From: Eledone cirrhosa
Taxonomy: Eukaryota
NCBI GenBank assembly: GCA_964016885.1
Contig: OZ024742.1
Location: 13,516,001-13,580,000 of the forward strand
Direction of reading: 5' to 3'
Length of the DNA: 64,000 nucleotides
How positions within the stretch are numbered: the stretch's first letter is position 1; each line of letters starts with the position of its first letter. Position numbers and translations under genes: made by a program. Shown here piece by piece: positions 15,395-33,100 of the stretch. The notes beneath the pieces were generated by a model that worked only from the letters and a program-made list of their open reading frames with translations, ran no database searches and had not been told where the DNA came from.

Positions 15395-18300
15395 TATAGA
15401 TACACTGATGTACTATAGTGTATAGTGATATATAGATATACTGATGTACTACAGTGTATAGTGATATATAGATATACTGATGTACTATAGTGTATAATGA
15501 TATATAGATACACTGATGTACTATAGTGTATAGTGATATATAGATATGCTGATGTACTATAGTGTACAGTGATATATAGATATACTGATGTACTATAGTA
15601 TATAGTGATATATAGATACACTGATGTACTATAGTGTACCGTGATATATAGATATACTGATGTACTATAGTGTACACTGATATATAGATATACTGATGTA
15701 CTATAGTGTACAGTGATATATATATATACTGATGTACTATAGTGTACAGTGATATATAGATACACTGATGTACTATAGTGTATAGTGATATATAGATATA
15801 CTGATGTACTATAGTGTATAGTGATATATAGATACACTGATGTACTATAGTGTATAGTGATATATAGATATACTGATGTACTATAGTGTACCGTGATATA
15901 TAGATATACTGATGTACTATAGTGTATAGTGATATATAGATATACTAATGTACTATAGTGTACAGTGATATATAGATATACTGATGTACTATAGTGTATA
16001 GTGATATATAGATATACTGATGTACTATAGTGTACAGTGATATATAGATATACTGATGTACTATAGTGTACAGTGATATATATATATACTGATGTACCAT
16101 AGTGTACAGTGATATATATATATATATACTGATGTACTATAGTGTACAGTGATATATAGATATACTGATGTACTATAGTGTATAGTGATATATAGATACA
16201 CTGATGTACTATAGTGTATAATGATATATAGATATACTGATGTACTATAGTGTATAGTGATATATAGATATACTGATATACTATAGTGTACAGAAATATA
16301 TAGATATTCTGATATACTATAGTGTATAGTGATATATAGGTATACTGATGTACTATAGTATATAGTGATATATAGATACACCGATGTACTATAGTATATA
16401 GTGATATATAGATACACTGATGTACTATAGTATATAGTGATATATAGATATACTGATGTACTATAGTGTATAGTGATATATAGATATACTGATGTACTAT
16501 AGTGTATAGTGATATATAGATACACTGATGTACTATAGTATATAGTGATATATAGATACACTGATGTACTATAGTATACAGTGATTTATAGATATACTGA
16601 TGTACTATAGTATATAGTGACATATTGATATACTGATGTACAATAGTGTATAGTGATATATAGATATACTGATATACTATAGTGTATAGTGATATATAGA
16701 TATACTGATGTACTATAGTGTATAGTGATATATAGATATACTGATGTACTATAGTGTACAGTGATATATAGATATACTGATGTACTATAGTATACAGTGA
16801 TATAGCCATATACTGATGTACTATAGTGTACAGTGATATACAGATATACTGATGTACTATAGTGTATAGTGATATATAGATACACTGATGTACTATAGTG
16901 TATAGTGATATATAGATATACTGATGTACTATAGTATACAGTGATATATAGATATACTGATGTACTATAGTGTACACTGATATATCGATATACTGATGTA
17001 CTATAGTGTATAGTGATATATAGATACACTGATGTACTATAGTGTACAGTGATATATAGATATACTGATGTACTATAGTGTACAGTGATATATAGATATA
17101 CTGATGTACTATAGTGTATAATGATATATATATATGCTGATGTACTATAGTGTATAGTGATATATAGATACACTGATGTACTATAGTGTACAGTGATATA
17201 TAGATACACTGATGTACTATAGTGTATAGTGATATATAGATACACTGATGTACTATAGTGTACAGTGAAATATAGATATACTGATTTACTATAGAGTACA
17301 GTGATATATAGATATCCTGATGTACTATAGTGTATAGTGATATATAGATATACTGATGTACTATAGTGTACAGTGATATATAGATATACTGATGTACTAT
17401 AGTGTATAGTGATATATAGATACACTGATGTACTATAGTGTATAGTGATATATAGATATACTGATGTACTATAGTATACAGTGATATATAGATATACTGA
17501 TGTACTATAGTGTACACTGATATATCGATATACTGATGTACTATAGTGTATAGTGATATATAGATACACTGATGTACTATAGTGTATAGTGATATATAGA
17601 TATACTGAATTATTATAGTATTTAGTGATATATAGATACACTGATATACTATAGTGTGTAGTGATATAAAGATATACTGATGTACTATAGTCTATAGTGA
17701 TATATAGATAAACTGATGTACTATAGTTTATAGTGATATATAGATACACTGATGTACTATAGTGTATAGTGATATATAGATATACTGATGTACTACAGTG
17801 TATAGTGATATATAGATATACTGATGTACTATAGTGTATAATGATATATAGATACACTGATGTACTATAGTGTACAGTGATATATATATATATACTGATG
17901 TACTATAGTGTACAGTGATATATATATATATACTGAAGTACTATAGTGTACAGTGATATATAGATATACTTATGTACTATAGTGTACAGTGATATATAGA
18001 TACACTGATGTACTATAGTGTATAGTGATATATAGATATACTGATGTACTATAGTGTATAGTGATATATAGATACACTGATGTACTATAGTGTATAGTGA
18101 TATATAGATATACTGATGTACTATAGTGTACCGTGATATATAGATATACTGATGTACTATAGTGTATAGTGATATATAGATATACTAATGTACTATAGTG
18201 TACAGTGATATATAGATATACTGATGTACTATAGTGTATAGTGATATATAGATATACTGATGTACTATAGTGTACAGTGATATATAGATATACTGATGTA

Positions 18301-21300
18301 CTATAGTGTACAGTGATATATATATATACTGATGTACTATAGTGTACAGTGATATATATATATATACTGATGTATTATAGTGTACAGTGATATATAGATA
18401 TACTGATGTACTATAGTGTACAGTGATATATAGATACACTGATGTACTATAGTGTATAGTGATATATAGATATACTGATGTACTATAGTGTATAGTGATA
18501 TATAGATACACTGATGTACTATAGTGTACAGTGAAATATAGATATACTGATTTACTATAGTGTACAGTGATATATAGATATCCTGATGTACTATAGTGTA
18601 TAGTGATATATAGATATACTGATGTACTATAGTGTACAGTGATATATAGATATACTGATGTACTATAGTGTATAGTGATATATAGATACACTGATGTACT
18701 ATAGTGTATAATGATATATAGATATACTGATGTACTCTAGTGTATAGTGATATATAGATATACTGATATACTATAGTGTACAGAAATATATAGATATTCT
18801 GATATACTATAGTGTATAGTGATATATATGTATACTGATGTACTATAGTATATAGTGATATATAGATACACCGATGTACTATAGTATATAGTGATATATA
18901 GATACACTGATGTACTATAGTATATTGTGATATATAGATATACTGATGTACTATAGTGTATAGTGATATATAGATATACTGATGTACTATAGTGTATAGT
19001 GATATATAGATATACTGATGTACTATAGTATATAGTGATATATAGATACACTGATGTACTATAGTATACAGTGATATATAGATATACTGATGTACTATAG
19101 TATATAGTGATATATTGATATACTGATGTACAATAGTGTATAGTGATATATAGATATACTGATATACTATAGTGTATAGTGATATATAGATATACTGATG
19201 TACTATAGTGTATAGTGATATATAGATATACTGATGTACTATAGTGTACAGTGATATATAGATATACTGATGTAATATAGTATACAGTGATACCGCCATA
19301 TACTGATGTACTATAGTGTACAGTGATATACAGATATACTGATGTACTATAGTATATAGTGATATATAGATATACTGATGTATTATAGTATATAGTGATA
19401 TATAGATACACTGATGTACTATAGTGTATAGTGATATATAGATATACTGATGTACTACAGTGTATAGTGATATATAGATATACTGATGTACTATAGTGTA
19501 TAATGATATATAGATACACTGATGTACTATAGTGTATAGTGATATATAGATATACTGATGTACTATAGTGTATAGTGATATATAGATATGCTGATGTACT
19601 ATAGTGTACAGTGATATATATATATACTGATGTACTATAGTGTACAGTGATATATATATATATACTGAAGTACTATAGTGTACAGTGATATATAGATATA
19701 CTTATGTACTATAGTGTACAGTGATATATAGATACACTGATGTACTATAGTGTATAGTGATATATAGATATACTGATGTACTATAGTGTATAGTGATATA
19801 TAAATACACTGATGTACTATAGTGTATAGTGATATATAGATATACTGATGTACTATAGTGTACCGTGATATATAGATATACTGATGTACTATAGTGTATA
19901 GTGATATATAGATATACTAATGTACTATAGTGTACAGTGATATATAGATATACTGATGTACTATAGTGTATAGTGATATATAGATATACTGATGTACTAT
20001 AGTGTACAGTGATATATAGATATACTGATGTACTATAGTGTACAGTGATATGTATATATACTGATGTACTATAGTGTACAGTGATATATATATATATACT
20101 GATGTACTATAGTGTATAGTGATATATAGATATACTGATGTACTATAGTGTATAGTGATATATAGATACACTGATGTACTATAGTGTACAGTGAAATATA
20201 GATATACTGATTTACTATAGTGTACAGTGATATATAGATATCCTGATGTACTATAGTGTATAGTGATATATAGATATACTGATGTACTATAGTGTACAGT
20301 GATATATAGATATACTGATGTACTATAGTGTATAGTGATATATAGATACACTGATGTACTATAGTGTATAATGATATATATATATACTGATGTACTATAG
20401 TGTATAGTGATATATAGATATACTGATATACTATAGTGTACAGAAATATATAGATATTCTGATATACTATAGTGTATAGTGATATATAGGTATACTGATG
20501 TACTATAGTATATAGTGATATATAGATACACCGATGTACTATAGTATATAGTGATATATAGATACACTGATGTACTATAGTATATAGTGATATATAGATA
20601 TACTGATGTACTATAGTGTATAGTGATATATAGATATACTGATGTACTATAGTGTATAGTGATATATAGATACACTGATGTACTATAGTATATAGTGATA
20701 TATAGATACACTGATGTACTATAGTATACAGTGATATATAGATATACTGATGTACAATAGTGTATAGTGATATATAGATATACTGATATACTATAGTGTA
20801 TAGTGATATATAGATACACTGATGTACTATAGTGTATAGTGATATATAGATATACTGATGTACTACAGTGTATAGTGATATATAGATATACTGATGTACT
20901 ATAGTGTATAATGATATATAGATACACTGATGTACTATAGTGTATAGTGATATATAGATATGCTGATGTACTATAGTGTACAGTGATATATAGATATACT
21001 GATGTACTATAGTATATAGTGATATATAGATACACTGATGTACTATAGTGTACCGTGATATATAGATATACTGATGTACTATAGTGTACACTGATATATA
21101 GATATACTGATGTACTATAGTGTACAGTGATATATATATATACTGATGTACTATAGTGTACAGTGATATATAGATACACTGATGTACTATAGTGTATAGT
21201 GATATATAGATATACTGATGTACTATAGTGTATAGTGATATATAGATACACTGATGTACTATAGTGTATAGTGATATATAGATATACTGATGTACTATAG

Positions 21301-24300
21301 TGTACCGTGATATATAGATATACTGATGTACTATAGTGTATAGTGATATATAGATATACTAATGTACTATAGTGTACAGTGATATATAGATATACTGATG
21401 TACTATAGTGTATAGTGATATATAGATATACTGATGTACTATAGTGTACAGTGATATATAGATATACTGATGTACTATAGTGTACAGTGATATATATATA
21501 TACTGATGTACCATAGTGTACAGTGATATATATATATATATACTGATGTACTATAGTGTACAGTGATATATAGATATACTGATGTACTATAGTGTATAGT
21601 GATATATAGATACACTGATGTACTATAGTGTATAATGATATATAGATATACTGATGTACTATAGTGTATAGTGATATATAGATATACTGATATACTATAG
21701 TGTACAGAAATATATAGATATTCTGATATACTATAGTGTATAGTGATATATAGGTATACTGATGTACTATAGTATATAGTGATATATAGATACACCGATG
21801 TACTATAGTATATAGTGATATATAGATACACTGATGTACTATAGTATATAGTGATATATAGATATACTGATGTACTATAGTGTATAGTGATATATAGATA
21901 TACTGATGTACTATAGTGTATAGTGATATATAGATACACTGATGTACTATAGTATATAGTGATATATAGATACACTGATGTACTATAGTATACAGTGATT
22001 TATAGATATACTGATGTACTATAGTATATAGTGACATATTGATATACTGATGTACAATAGTGTATAGTGATATATAGATATACTGATATACTATAGTGTA
22101 TAGTGATATATAGATATACTGATGTACTATAGTGTATAGTGATATATAGATATACTGATGTACTATAGTGTACAGTGATATATAGATATACTGATGTACT
22201 ATAGTATACAGTGATATAGCCATATACTGATGTACTATAGTGTACAGTGATATACAGATATACTGATGTACTATAGTGTATAGTGATATATAGATACACT
22301 GATGTACTATAGTGTATAGTGATATATAGATATACTGATGTACTATAGTATACAGTGATATATAGATATACTGATGTACTATAGTGTACACTGATATATC
22401 GATATACTGATGTACTATAGTGTATAGTGATATATAGATACACTGATGTACTATAGTGTACAGTGATATATAGATATACTGATGTACTATAGTGTACAGT
22501 GATATATAGATATACTGATGTACTATAGTGTATAATGATATATATATATGCTGATGTACTATAGTGTATAGTGATATATAGATACACTGATGTACTATAG
22601 TGTACAGTGATATATAGATACACTGATGTACTATAGTGTATAGTGATATATAGATACACTGATGTACTATAGTGTACAGTGAAATATAGATATACTGATT
22701 TACTATAGAGTACAGTGATATATAGATATCCTGATGTACTATAGTGTATAGTGATATATAGATATACTGATGTACTATAGTGTACAGTGATATATAGATA
22801 TACTGATGTACTATAGTGTATAGTGATATATAGATACACTGATGTACTATAGTGTATAGTGATATATAGATATACTGATGTACTATAGTATACAGTGATA
22901 TATAGATATACTGATGTACTATAGTGTACACTGATATATCGATATACTGATGTACTATAGTGTATAGTGATATATAGATATACTGAATTATTATAGTATT
23001 TAGTGATATATAGATACACTGATATACTATAGTGTGTAGTGATATAAAGATATACTGATGTACTATAGTCTATAGTGATATATAGATAAACTGATGTACT
23101 ATAGTTTATAGTGATATATAGATACACTGATGTACTATAGTGTATAGTGATATATAGATATACTGATGTACTACAGTGTATAGTGATATATAGATATACT
23201 GATGTACTATAGTGTATAATGATATATAGATACACTGATGTACTATAGTGTACAGTGATATATATATATATACTGATGTACTATAGTGTACAGTGATATA
23301 TATATATATACTGAAGTACTATAGTGTACAGTGATATATAGATATACTTATGTACTAGAGTGTACAGTGATATATAGATACACTGATGTACTATAGTGTA
23401 TAGTGATATATAGATATACTGATGTACTATAGTGTACAGTGATATATAGATATACTGATGTACTATAGTGTACAGTGATATATATATATACTGATGTACT
23501 ATAGTGTACAGTGATATATATATATATACTGATGTACTATAGTGTACAGTGATATATATATATATACTGATGTATTATAGTGTACAGTGATATATAGATA
23601 TACTGATGTACTATAGTGTACAGTGATATATAGATACACTGATGTACTATAGTGTATAGTGATATATAGATATACTGATGTACTATAGTGTATAGTGATA
23701 TATAGATACACTGATGTACTATAGTGTACAGTGAAATATAGATATACTGATTTACTATAGTGTACAGTGATATATAGATATCCTGATGTACTATAGTGTA
23801 TAGTGATATATAGATATACTGATGTACTATAGTGTACAGTGATATATAGATATACTGATGTACTATAGTGTATAGTGATATATAGATACACTGATGTACT
23901 ATAGTGTATAATGATATATAGATATACTGATGTACTCTAGTGTATAGTGATATATAGATATACTGATATACTATAGTGTACAGAAATATATAGATATTCT
24001 GATATACTATAGTGTATAGTGATATATATGTATACTGATGTACTATAGTATATAGTGATATATAGATACACCGATGTACTATAGTATATAGTGATATATA
24101 GATACACTGATGTACTATAGTATATTGTGATATATAGATATACTGATGTACTATAGTGTATAGTGATATATAGATATACTGATGTACTATAGTGTATAGT
24201 GATATATAGATATACTGATGTACTATAGTATATAGTGATATATAGATACACTGATGTACTATAGTATACAGTGATATATAGATATACTGATGTACTATAG

Positions 24301-25850
24301 TATATAGTGATATATTGATATACTGATGTACAATAGTGTATAGTGATATATAGATATACTGATATACTATAGTGTATAGTGATATATAGATATACTGATG
24401 TACTATAGTGTATAGTGATATATAGATATACTGATGTACTATAGTGTACAGTGATATATAGATATACTGATGTACTATAGTATACAGTGATACCGCCATA
24501 TACTGATGTACGATAGTGTACAGTGATATACAGATATACTGATGTACTATAGTATATAGTGATATATAGATATACTGATGTATTATAGTATATAGTGATA
24601 TATAGATACACTGATGTACTATAGTGTATAGTGATATATAGATATACTGATGTACTACAGTGTATAGTGATATATAGATATACTGATGTACTATAGTGTA
24701 TAATGATATATAGATACACTGATGTACTATAGTGTATAGTTATATATAGATATACTGATGTACTATAGTGTATAGTGATATATAGATATGCTGATGTACT
24801 ATAGTGTACAGTGATATATATATATACTGATGTACTATAGTGTACAGTGATATATATATATATACTGAAGTACTATAGTGTACAGTGATATATAGATATA
24901 CTTATGTACTATAGTGTACAGTGATATATAGATACACTGATGTACTATAGTGTATAGTGATATATAGATATACTGATGTACTATAGTGTATAGTGATATA
25001 TAAATACACTGATGTACTATAGTGTATAGTGATATATAGATATACTGATGTACTATAGTGTACCGTGATATATAGATATACTGATGTACTATAGTGTATA
25101 GTGATATATAGATATACTAATGTACTATAGTGTACAGTGATATATAGATATACTGATGTACTATAGTGTATAGTGATATATAGATATACTGATGTACTAT
25201 AGTGTACAGTGATATATAGATATACTGATGTACTATAGTGTACAGTGATATGTATATATACTGATGTACTATAGTGTACAGTGATATATATATATATACT
25301 GATGTACTATAGTGTATAGTGATATATAGATATACTGATGTACTATAGTGTATAGTGATATATAGATACACTGATGTACTATAGTGTACAGTGAAATATA
25401 GATATACTGATTTACTATAGTGTACAGTGATATATAGATATCCTGATGTACTATAGTGTATAGTGATATATAGATATACTGATGTACTATAGTGTACAGT
25501 GATATATAGATATACTGATGTACTATAGTGTATAGTGATATATAGATACACTGATGTACTATAGTGTATAATGATATATATATATACTGATGTACTATAG
25601 TGTATAGTGATATATAGATATACTGATATACTATAGTGTACAGAAATATATAGATATTCTGATATACTATAGTGTATAGTGATATATAGGTATACTGATG
25701 TACTATAGTATATAGTGATATATAGATACACCGATGTACTATAGTATATAGTGATATATAGATACACTGATGTACTATAGTATACAGTGATATATAGATA
25801 TACTGATGTACAATAGTGTATAGTGATATATAGATATACTGATATACTAT
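15395..25850 (+). repeat. ~5.1-5.4-kb tandem block duplication (about 15395-20800 and 20810-25850)
   Basis: ORF offsets are 5414 (15677/21091, 16061/21475, 16586/22000, 17517/22931), then 5378 (17857/23235), then 5200 (18337/23537, 18737/23937, 19917/25117). Shared markers include gacatattga, tagccata, gaattattatagtattt and taccgccata. Confidence 0.92.
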
Positions 25851-28800
25851 AGTGTATAGTGATATATAGATATACTGATGTACTATAGTGTATAGTGATA
25901 TATAGATATACTGATGTACTATAGTGTACAGTGATATATAGATATACTGATGTACTATAGTATACAGTGATATAGCCATATACTGATGTACTATAGTGTA
26001 CAGTGATATACAGATATACTGATGTACTATAGTATATAGTGATATATAGATATACTGATGTATTATAGTATATAGTGATATATAGATACACTGATGTACT
26101 ATAGTGTATAGTGATATATAGATATACTGATGTACTATAGTATATAGTGATATATAGATATACTGATGTAGTATAGTATATTGTGATATATAGATACAGT
26201 GATGTACTATAGCGTACAGTGATATATAGATATACTGATGTACTATAGTATATAGTGATATATAGATACACTGATGTACTATAGTGTATAATGATATATA
26301 GATATACTGATGTACTATAGTGTATAGTGATATATAGATATACTGATATACTATAGTGTACAGAAATATATAGATATTCTGATATACTATAGTGTATAGT
26401 GATATATAGATACACTGATGTACTATAGTGTATAGTGATATATAGATACACTGATGTACTATAGTGTATAGTGATATATAGATATACTGATGTACTATAG
26501 TGTATAGTGATATATAGATACACTGATGTAATATATTGTATAGTGATATATAGATACACTGATGTACTATAGTGTATAGTGATATATAGATATACTGATG
26601 TACTATAGTGTATAGAGATATTTAGATATACTGATGTACTATAGTGTATAGTGATATATAGATACACTGATGTACTATAGTGTACAGTGATATATAGATA
26701 CACTGATGTACTATAGTATACAGTGATATATAGATATACTGATGTACTATAGTGTATAGTGATATATAGATACTCTGATGTACTATAGTATACAGTGATA
26801 TAGACATATACTTATCTACCATAGTGTACAGTGATATACAGATATACTGATGTACTATAGTATATAGTGATATATAGATATACTGATGTACTATAGTATA
26901 TAGTGATATATAGATACACTGATGTACTATAGTGTATAGTGATATATAGATATACTGATGTACTATAGTATATAGTGATATATAGATATACTGATGTACT
27001 ATAGTATATAGTGATATATAGATACAGTGATGTACTATAGCGTACAGTGATATATAGATATACTGATGTACTATAGTATATAGTGATATACAGATACACT
27101 CATGTACTATAGTGTATAATGATATATAGATATACTGATATACTATAGAGTACAGAAATATATAGATATTCTGATATACTATAGTGTATAGTGATTTAGA
27201 GATACACTGATGTACTATAGTGTATAGTGATATATAGATACACTGATGTACTATAGTGTATAGTGATATATAGATATACTGATGCACTATAGTGTATAGT
27301 GATATATAGATATACTGATGTACTATAGTGTATAGTGATATATAGATATACTGATGTACTATAGTATATAGTGATATATAGATATACTGATGTACTATAG
27401 TGTACAGTGATATATAGATACACTGATGTACTATAGTGTATAGTGATATATAGATACACTGATGTACTATAGTATACAGTGATATATAGATATACTGATG
27501 TATTATAGTATATAGTGATATTTAGATATACTGATGTACTATATTGTATAGTGATATATAGATACACTGATGTACTATAGTGTACAGTGATATATAGATA
27601 CACTGATGTACTATAGTATACAGTGATATATAGATATACTGATGTATTATAGTATATAGTGATATATAGATACACTGATGTACTATAGTATATAGTGATA
27701 TATAGATATACTGATGTACTATAGTGTATAGTGATATATAGGTATACTGATGTACTATAGTATATAGTGATATATAGATACACCGATGTACTATAGTATA
27801 TAGTGATATATAGATACACTGATGTACTATAGTATATAGTGATATATAGATATACTGATGTACTATAGTGTATAGTGATATATAGATATACTGATGTACT
27901 ATAGTGTATAGTGATATATAGATACACTGATGTACTATAGTATATAGTGATATATAGATACACTGATGTACTATAGTATACAGTGATATATAGATATACT
28001 GAAGTACTATAGTATATAGTGATATATAGATATACTGATGTACTATAGTGTATAGTGATATATAGATACACTGATATATTATAGTATATAGTGATATATA
28101 GATACACTGATGTATTATAGTATATAGTGATATATAGATATACTGATGTACTATAGTATATAGTGATATATAGATACACTGATGTACTATAGTGTATAAT
28201 GATATATAGATATACTGATGTACTATAGTGTATAGTGATATATAGATATACTGATATACTATAGTGTACAGAAATATATAGATATTCTGATATACTATAG
28301 TGTATAGTGATATATAGATACACTGATGTACTATAGTGTATAGTGATATATAGATACACTGATGTACTATAGTGTATAGTGATATATAGATATACTGATG
28401 TACTATAGTGTATAGTGATATATAGATACACTGATGTAATATATTGTATAGTGATATATAGATACACTGATGTACTATAGTGTATAGTGATATATAGATA
28501 TACTGATGTACTATAGTGTATAGTGATATTTAGATATACTGATGTACTATAGTGTATAGTGATATATAGATACACTGATGTACTATAGTGTACAGTGATA
28601 TATAGATACACTGATGTACTATAGTTTACAGTGATATATAGATATACTGATGTACTATAGTGTATAGTGATATATAGATACTCTGATGTACTATAGTATA
28701 CAGTGATATATATATATATACTGATGTACTATAGTGTACAGTGATATATAGATATACTGATGTACTATAGTGTATAGTGATATATAGATACACTGATGTA

Positions 28801-29319
28801 CTATAGTGTACAGTGAAATATAGATATACTGATTTACTATAGTGTACAGTGATATATAGATATCCTGATGTACTATAGTGTATAGTGATATATAGATATA
28901 CTGATGTACTATAGTGTACAGTGATATATAGATATACTGATGTACTATAGTGTATAGTGATATATAGATACACTGATGTACTATAGTATACAGTGATATA
29001 TAGATATACTGATGTACTATAGTGTACACTGATATATCGATATACTGATGTACTATAGTGTATAGTGATATATAGATATACTGATCTACTATAGTATATA
29101 GTGATATATAGATATACTGATGTATTATAGTATATAGTGATATATAGATACACTGATGTACTATAGTGTATAGTGTTATAAAGATATACTGATGTACTAT
29201 AGTCTATAGTGATATATAGATATACTGATGTACTATAGTGTATAGTGATATATAGATACACTGATGTACTATAGTGTATAGTGATATATAGATATGCTGA
29301 TGTACTATAGTATATAGTG

Positions 29320-30150
29320 ATATATAGATACACTGATGTACTATAGTGTACCGTGATATATAGATATACTGATGTACTATAGTGTACAGTGATATATATA
29401 TATACTGATGTACTATAGTGTACAGTGATATATATAGATATACTGATGTACTATAGTGTACAGTGATATATAGATACACTGATGTACTATAGTGTATAGT
29501 GATATATAGATATACTGATGTACTATAGTGTATAGTGATATATAGATACACTGATGTACTATAGTGTATAGTGATATATAGATATACTGATGTACTATAG
29601 TGTACCGTGATATATAGATATACTGATGTACTATAGTGTATAGTGATATATAGATATACTAATGTACTATAGTGTACAGTGATATATAGATATACTGATG
29701 TACTATAGTGTATAGTGATATATAGATATACTGATGTACTATAGTATATAGTGATATATAGATACACTGATGTACTATAGTGTACCGGGATATATAGATA
29801 TACTGATGTACTATAGTGTACAGTGATATATATATATACTGATGTACTATAGTGTACAGTGATATATATAGATATACTGATGTACTATAGTGTACAGTGA
29901 TATATAGATACACTGATGTACTATAGTGTATAGTGATATATAGATATACTGATGTACTATAGTGTATAGTGATATATAGATACACTGATGTACTATAGTG
30001 TATAGTGATATATAGATATACTGATGTACTATAGTGTACCGTGATATATAGATATACTGATGTACTATAGTGTATAGTGATATATAGATATACTAATGTA
30101 CTATAGTGTACAGTGATATATAGATATACTGATGTACTATAGTGTATAGT
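29320..30150 (+). repeat. 434-bp (12 units + 2 bp) local tandem duplication
   Basis: ORF coordinates 29333/29767 and 29659/30093 differ by 434. The +2 TA unit, the A22C (tacc) marker and the ctaatg marker recur at that spacing. Confidence 0.75.
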
Positions 30151-33100
30151 GATATATAGATATACTGATGTACTATAGTGTACAGTGATATATAGATATA
30201 CTGATGTACTATAGTGTACAGTGATATATATATATACTGATGTACTATAGTGTACAGTGATATATATATATATACTGATGTACTATAGTGTACAGTGAAA
30301 TAAAGATATACTGATTTACTATAGTGTACAGTGATATATAGATATCCTGATGTACTATAGTGTATAGTGATATATAGATATACTGATGTACTATAGTGTA
30401 CAGTGATATATAGATATACTGATGTACTATAGTGTATAGTGATATATAGATACACTGATGTACTATAGTGTATAATGATATATAGATATACTGATGTACA
30501 ATAGTGTATAGTGATATATAGATATACTGATATACTATAGTGTACAGAAATATATAGATATTCTGATATACTATTGTGTATAGTGATATATAGGTATACT
30601 GATGTACTATAGTATATAGTGATATATAGATACACCGATGTACTATAGTATATAGTGATATATAGATACACTGATGTACTATAGTATATAGTGATATATA
30701 GATATACTTATGTACTATAGTGTATAGTGATATATATATATACTGATGTACTATAGTGTATAGTGATATATAGATACACTGATGTACTATAGTATATAGT
30801 GATATATAGATACACTGATGTACCCTAGTATACAGTGATATATAGATATACTGATGTACTATAGTATATAGTGATATATTGATATACTGATGTACAATAG
30901 TGTATATTGATATATAGATATACTGATATACTATAGTGTATAGTGATATATAGATATACTGATGTACTATAGTATACAGTGATATAGCCATATACTGATG
31001 TACTATAGTGTACAGTGATATACAGATATACTGATGTACTATAGTATATAGTGATATATAGATATACTGATGTACTATAGTATATAGTGATATATAGATA
31101 CACTGATGTACTATAGTGTACAGAAATATATAGATATTCTGATATACTATAGTGTATAGTGATATATAGATACACTGATGTACTATAGTGTATAGTGATA
31201 TATAGATATACTGATGTACTATAGTGTATAGTGATATAAAGATACACTGATGTACTATATTGTATAGTGATATATAGATACACTGATGTACTATAGTGGA
31301 TAGTGATATATAGATATACTGATGTACTATAGTGTATAGTGATATTTAGATATACTGATGTACTATAGTGTATAGTGATATATAGATACACTGATGTATT
31401 ATAGTGTACAGTGATATATAGATACACTGATGTACTATAGTATACAGTGATATATAGATATACTGATGTACTATAGTGTATAGTGATATATAGATACTCT
31501 GATGTACTATAGTATACAGTGATATTGACATATACTGATCTACTATAGTGTACAGTGATATACAGATATACTGATGTACTATAGTATATAGTGATATATA
31601 GATATACTGATGTACTATAGTATATAGTGATATATAGATACACTGATGTACTATAGTGTATAGTGATATATAGATATACTGATGTACTATAGTATATAGT
31701 GATACATAGATACAGTGATGTACTATAGCGTACAGTGATATATAGATATACTGATGTACAATAGTATATAGTGATATACAGATACACTGATGTACTATAG
31801 TGTATAATGATATATAGATATACTGATGTACTATAGTGTATAGTGATATATAGATATACTGATATACTATAGAGTACAGAAATATATAGATATTCTGATA
31901 TACTATAGTGTATAGTGATATATAGATACACTGATGTACTATAGTGTATAGTGATATATAGATACACTGATGTACTATAGTGTATAGTGATATATAGATA
32001 TACTGATGTACTATAGTGTATAGTGATATATAGATATACTGATGTACTATAGTGTATAGTGATATATAGATATACTGATGTACTATAGTATATAGTGATA
32101 TATAGATATACTGATGTACTATAGTGTACAGTGATATATAGATATACTGATGTACTATAGTGTACAGTGATATATATATATACTGATGTACTATAGTGTA
32201 CAGTGATATATATATATATACTGATGTACTATAGTGTACAGTGAAATAAAGATATACTGATTTACTATAGTGTACAGTGATATATAGATATCCTGATGTA
32301 CTATAGTGTATAGTGATATATAGATATACTGATGTACTATAGTGTACAGTGATATATAGATATACTGATGTACTATAGTGTATAGTGATATATAGATACA
32401 CTGATGTACTATAGTGTATAATGATATATAGATATACTGATGTACAATAGTGTATAGTGATATATAGATATACTGATATACTATAGTGTACAGAAATATA
32501 TAGATATTCTGATATACTATTGTGTATAGTGATATATAGGTATACTGATGTACTATAGTATATAGTGATATATAGATACACCGATGTACTATAGTATATA
32601 GTGATATATAGATACACTGATGTACTATAGTATATAGTGATATATAGATATACTTATGTACTATAGTGTATAGTGATATATATATATACTGATGTACTAT
32701 AGTGTATAGTGATATATAGATACACTGATGTACTATAGTATATAGTGATATATAGATACACTGATGTACCCTAGTATACAGTGATATATAGATATACTGA
32801 TGTACTATAGTATATAGTGATATATTGATATACTGATGTACAATAGTGTATATTGATATATAGATATACTGATATACTATAGTGTATAGTGATATATAGA
32901 TATACTGATGTACTATAGTATACAGTGATATAGCCATATACTGATGTACTATAGTGTACAGTGATATACAGATATACTGATGTACTATAGTATATAGTGA
33001 TATATAGATATACTGATGTACTATAGTATATAGTGATATATAGATACACTGATGTACTATAGTGTACAGAAATATATAGATATTCTGATATACTATAGTG

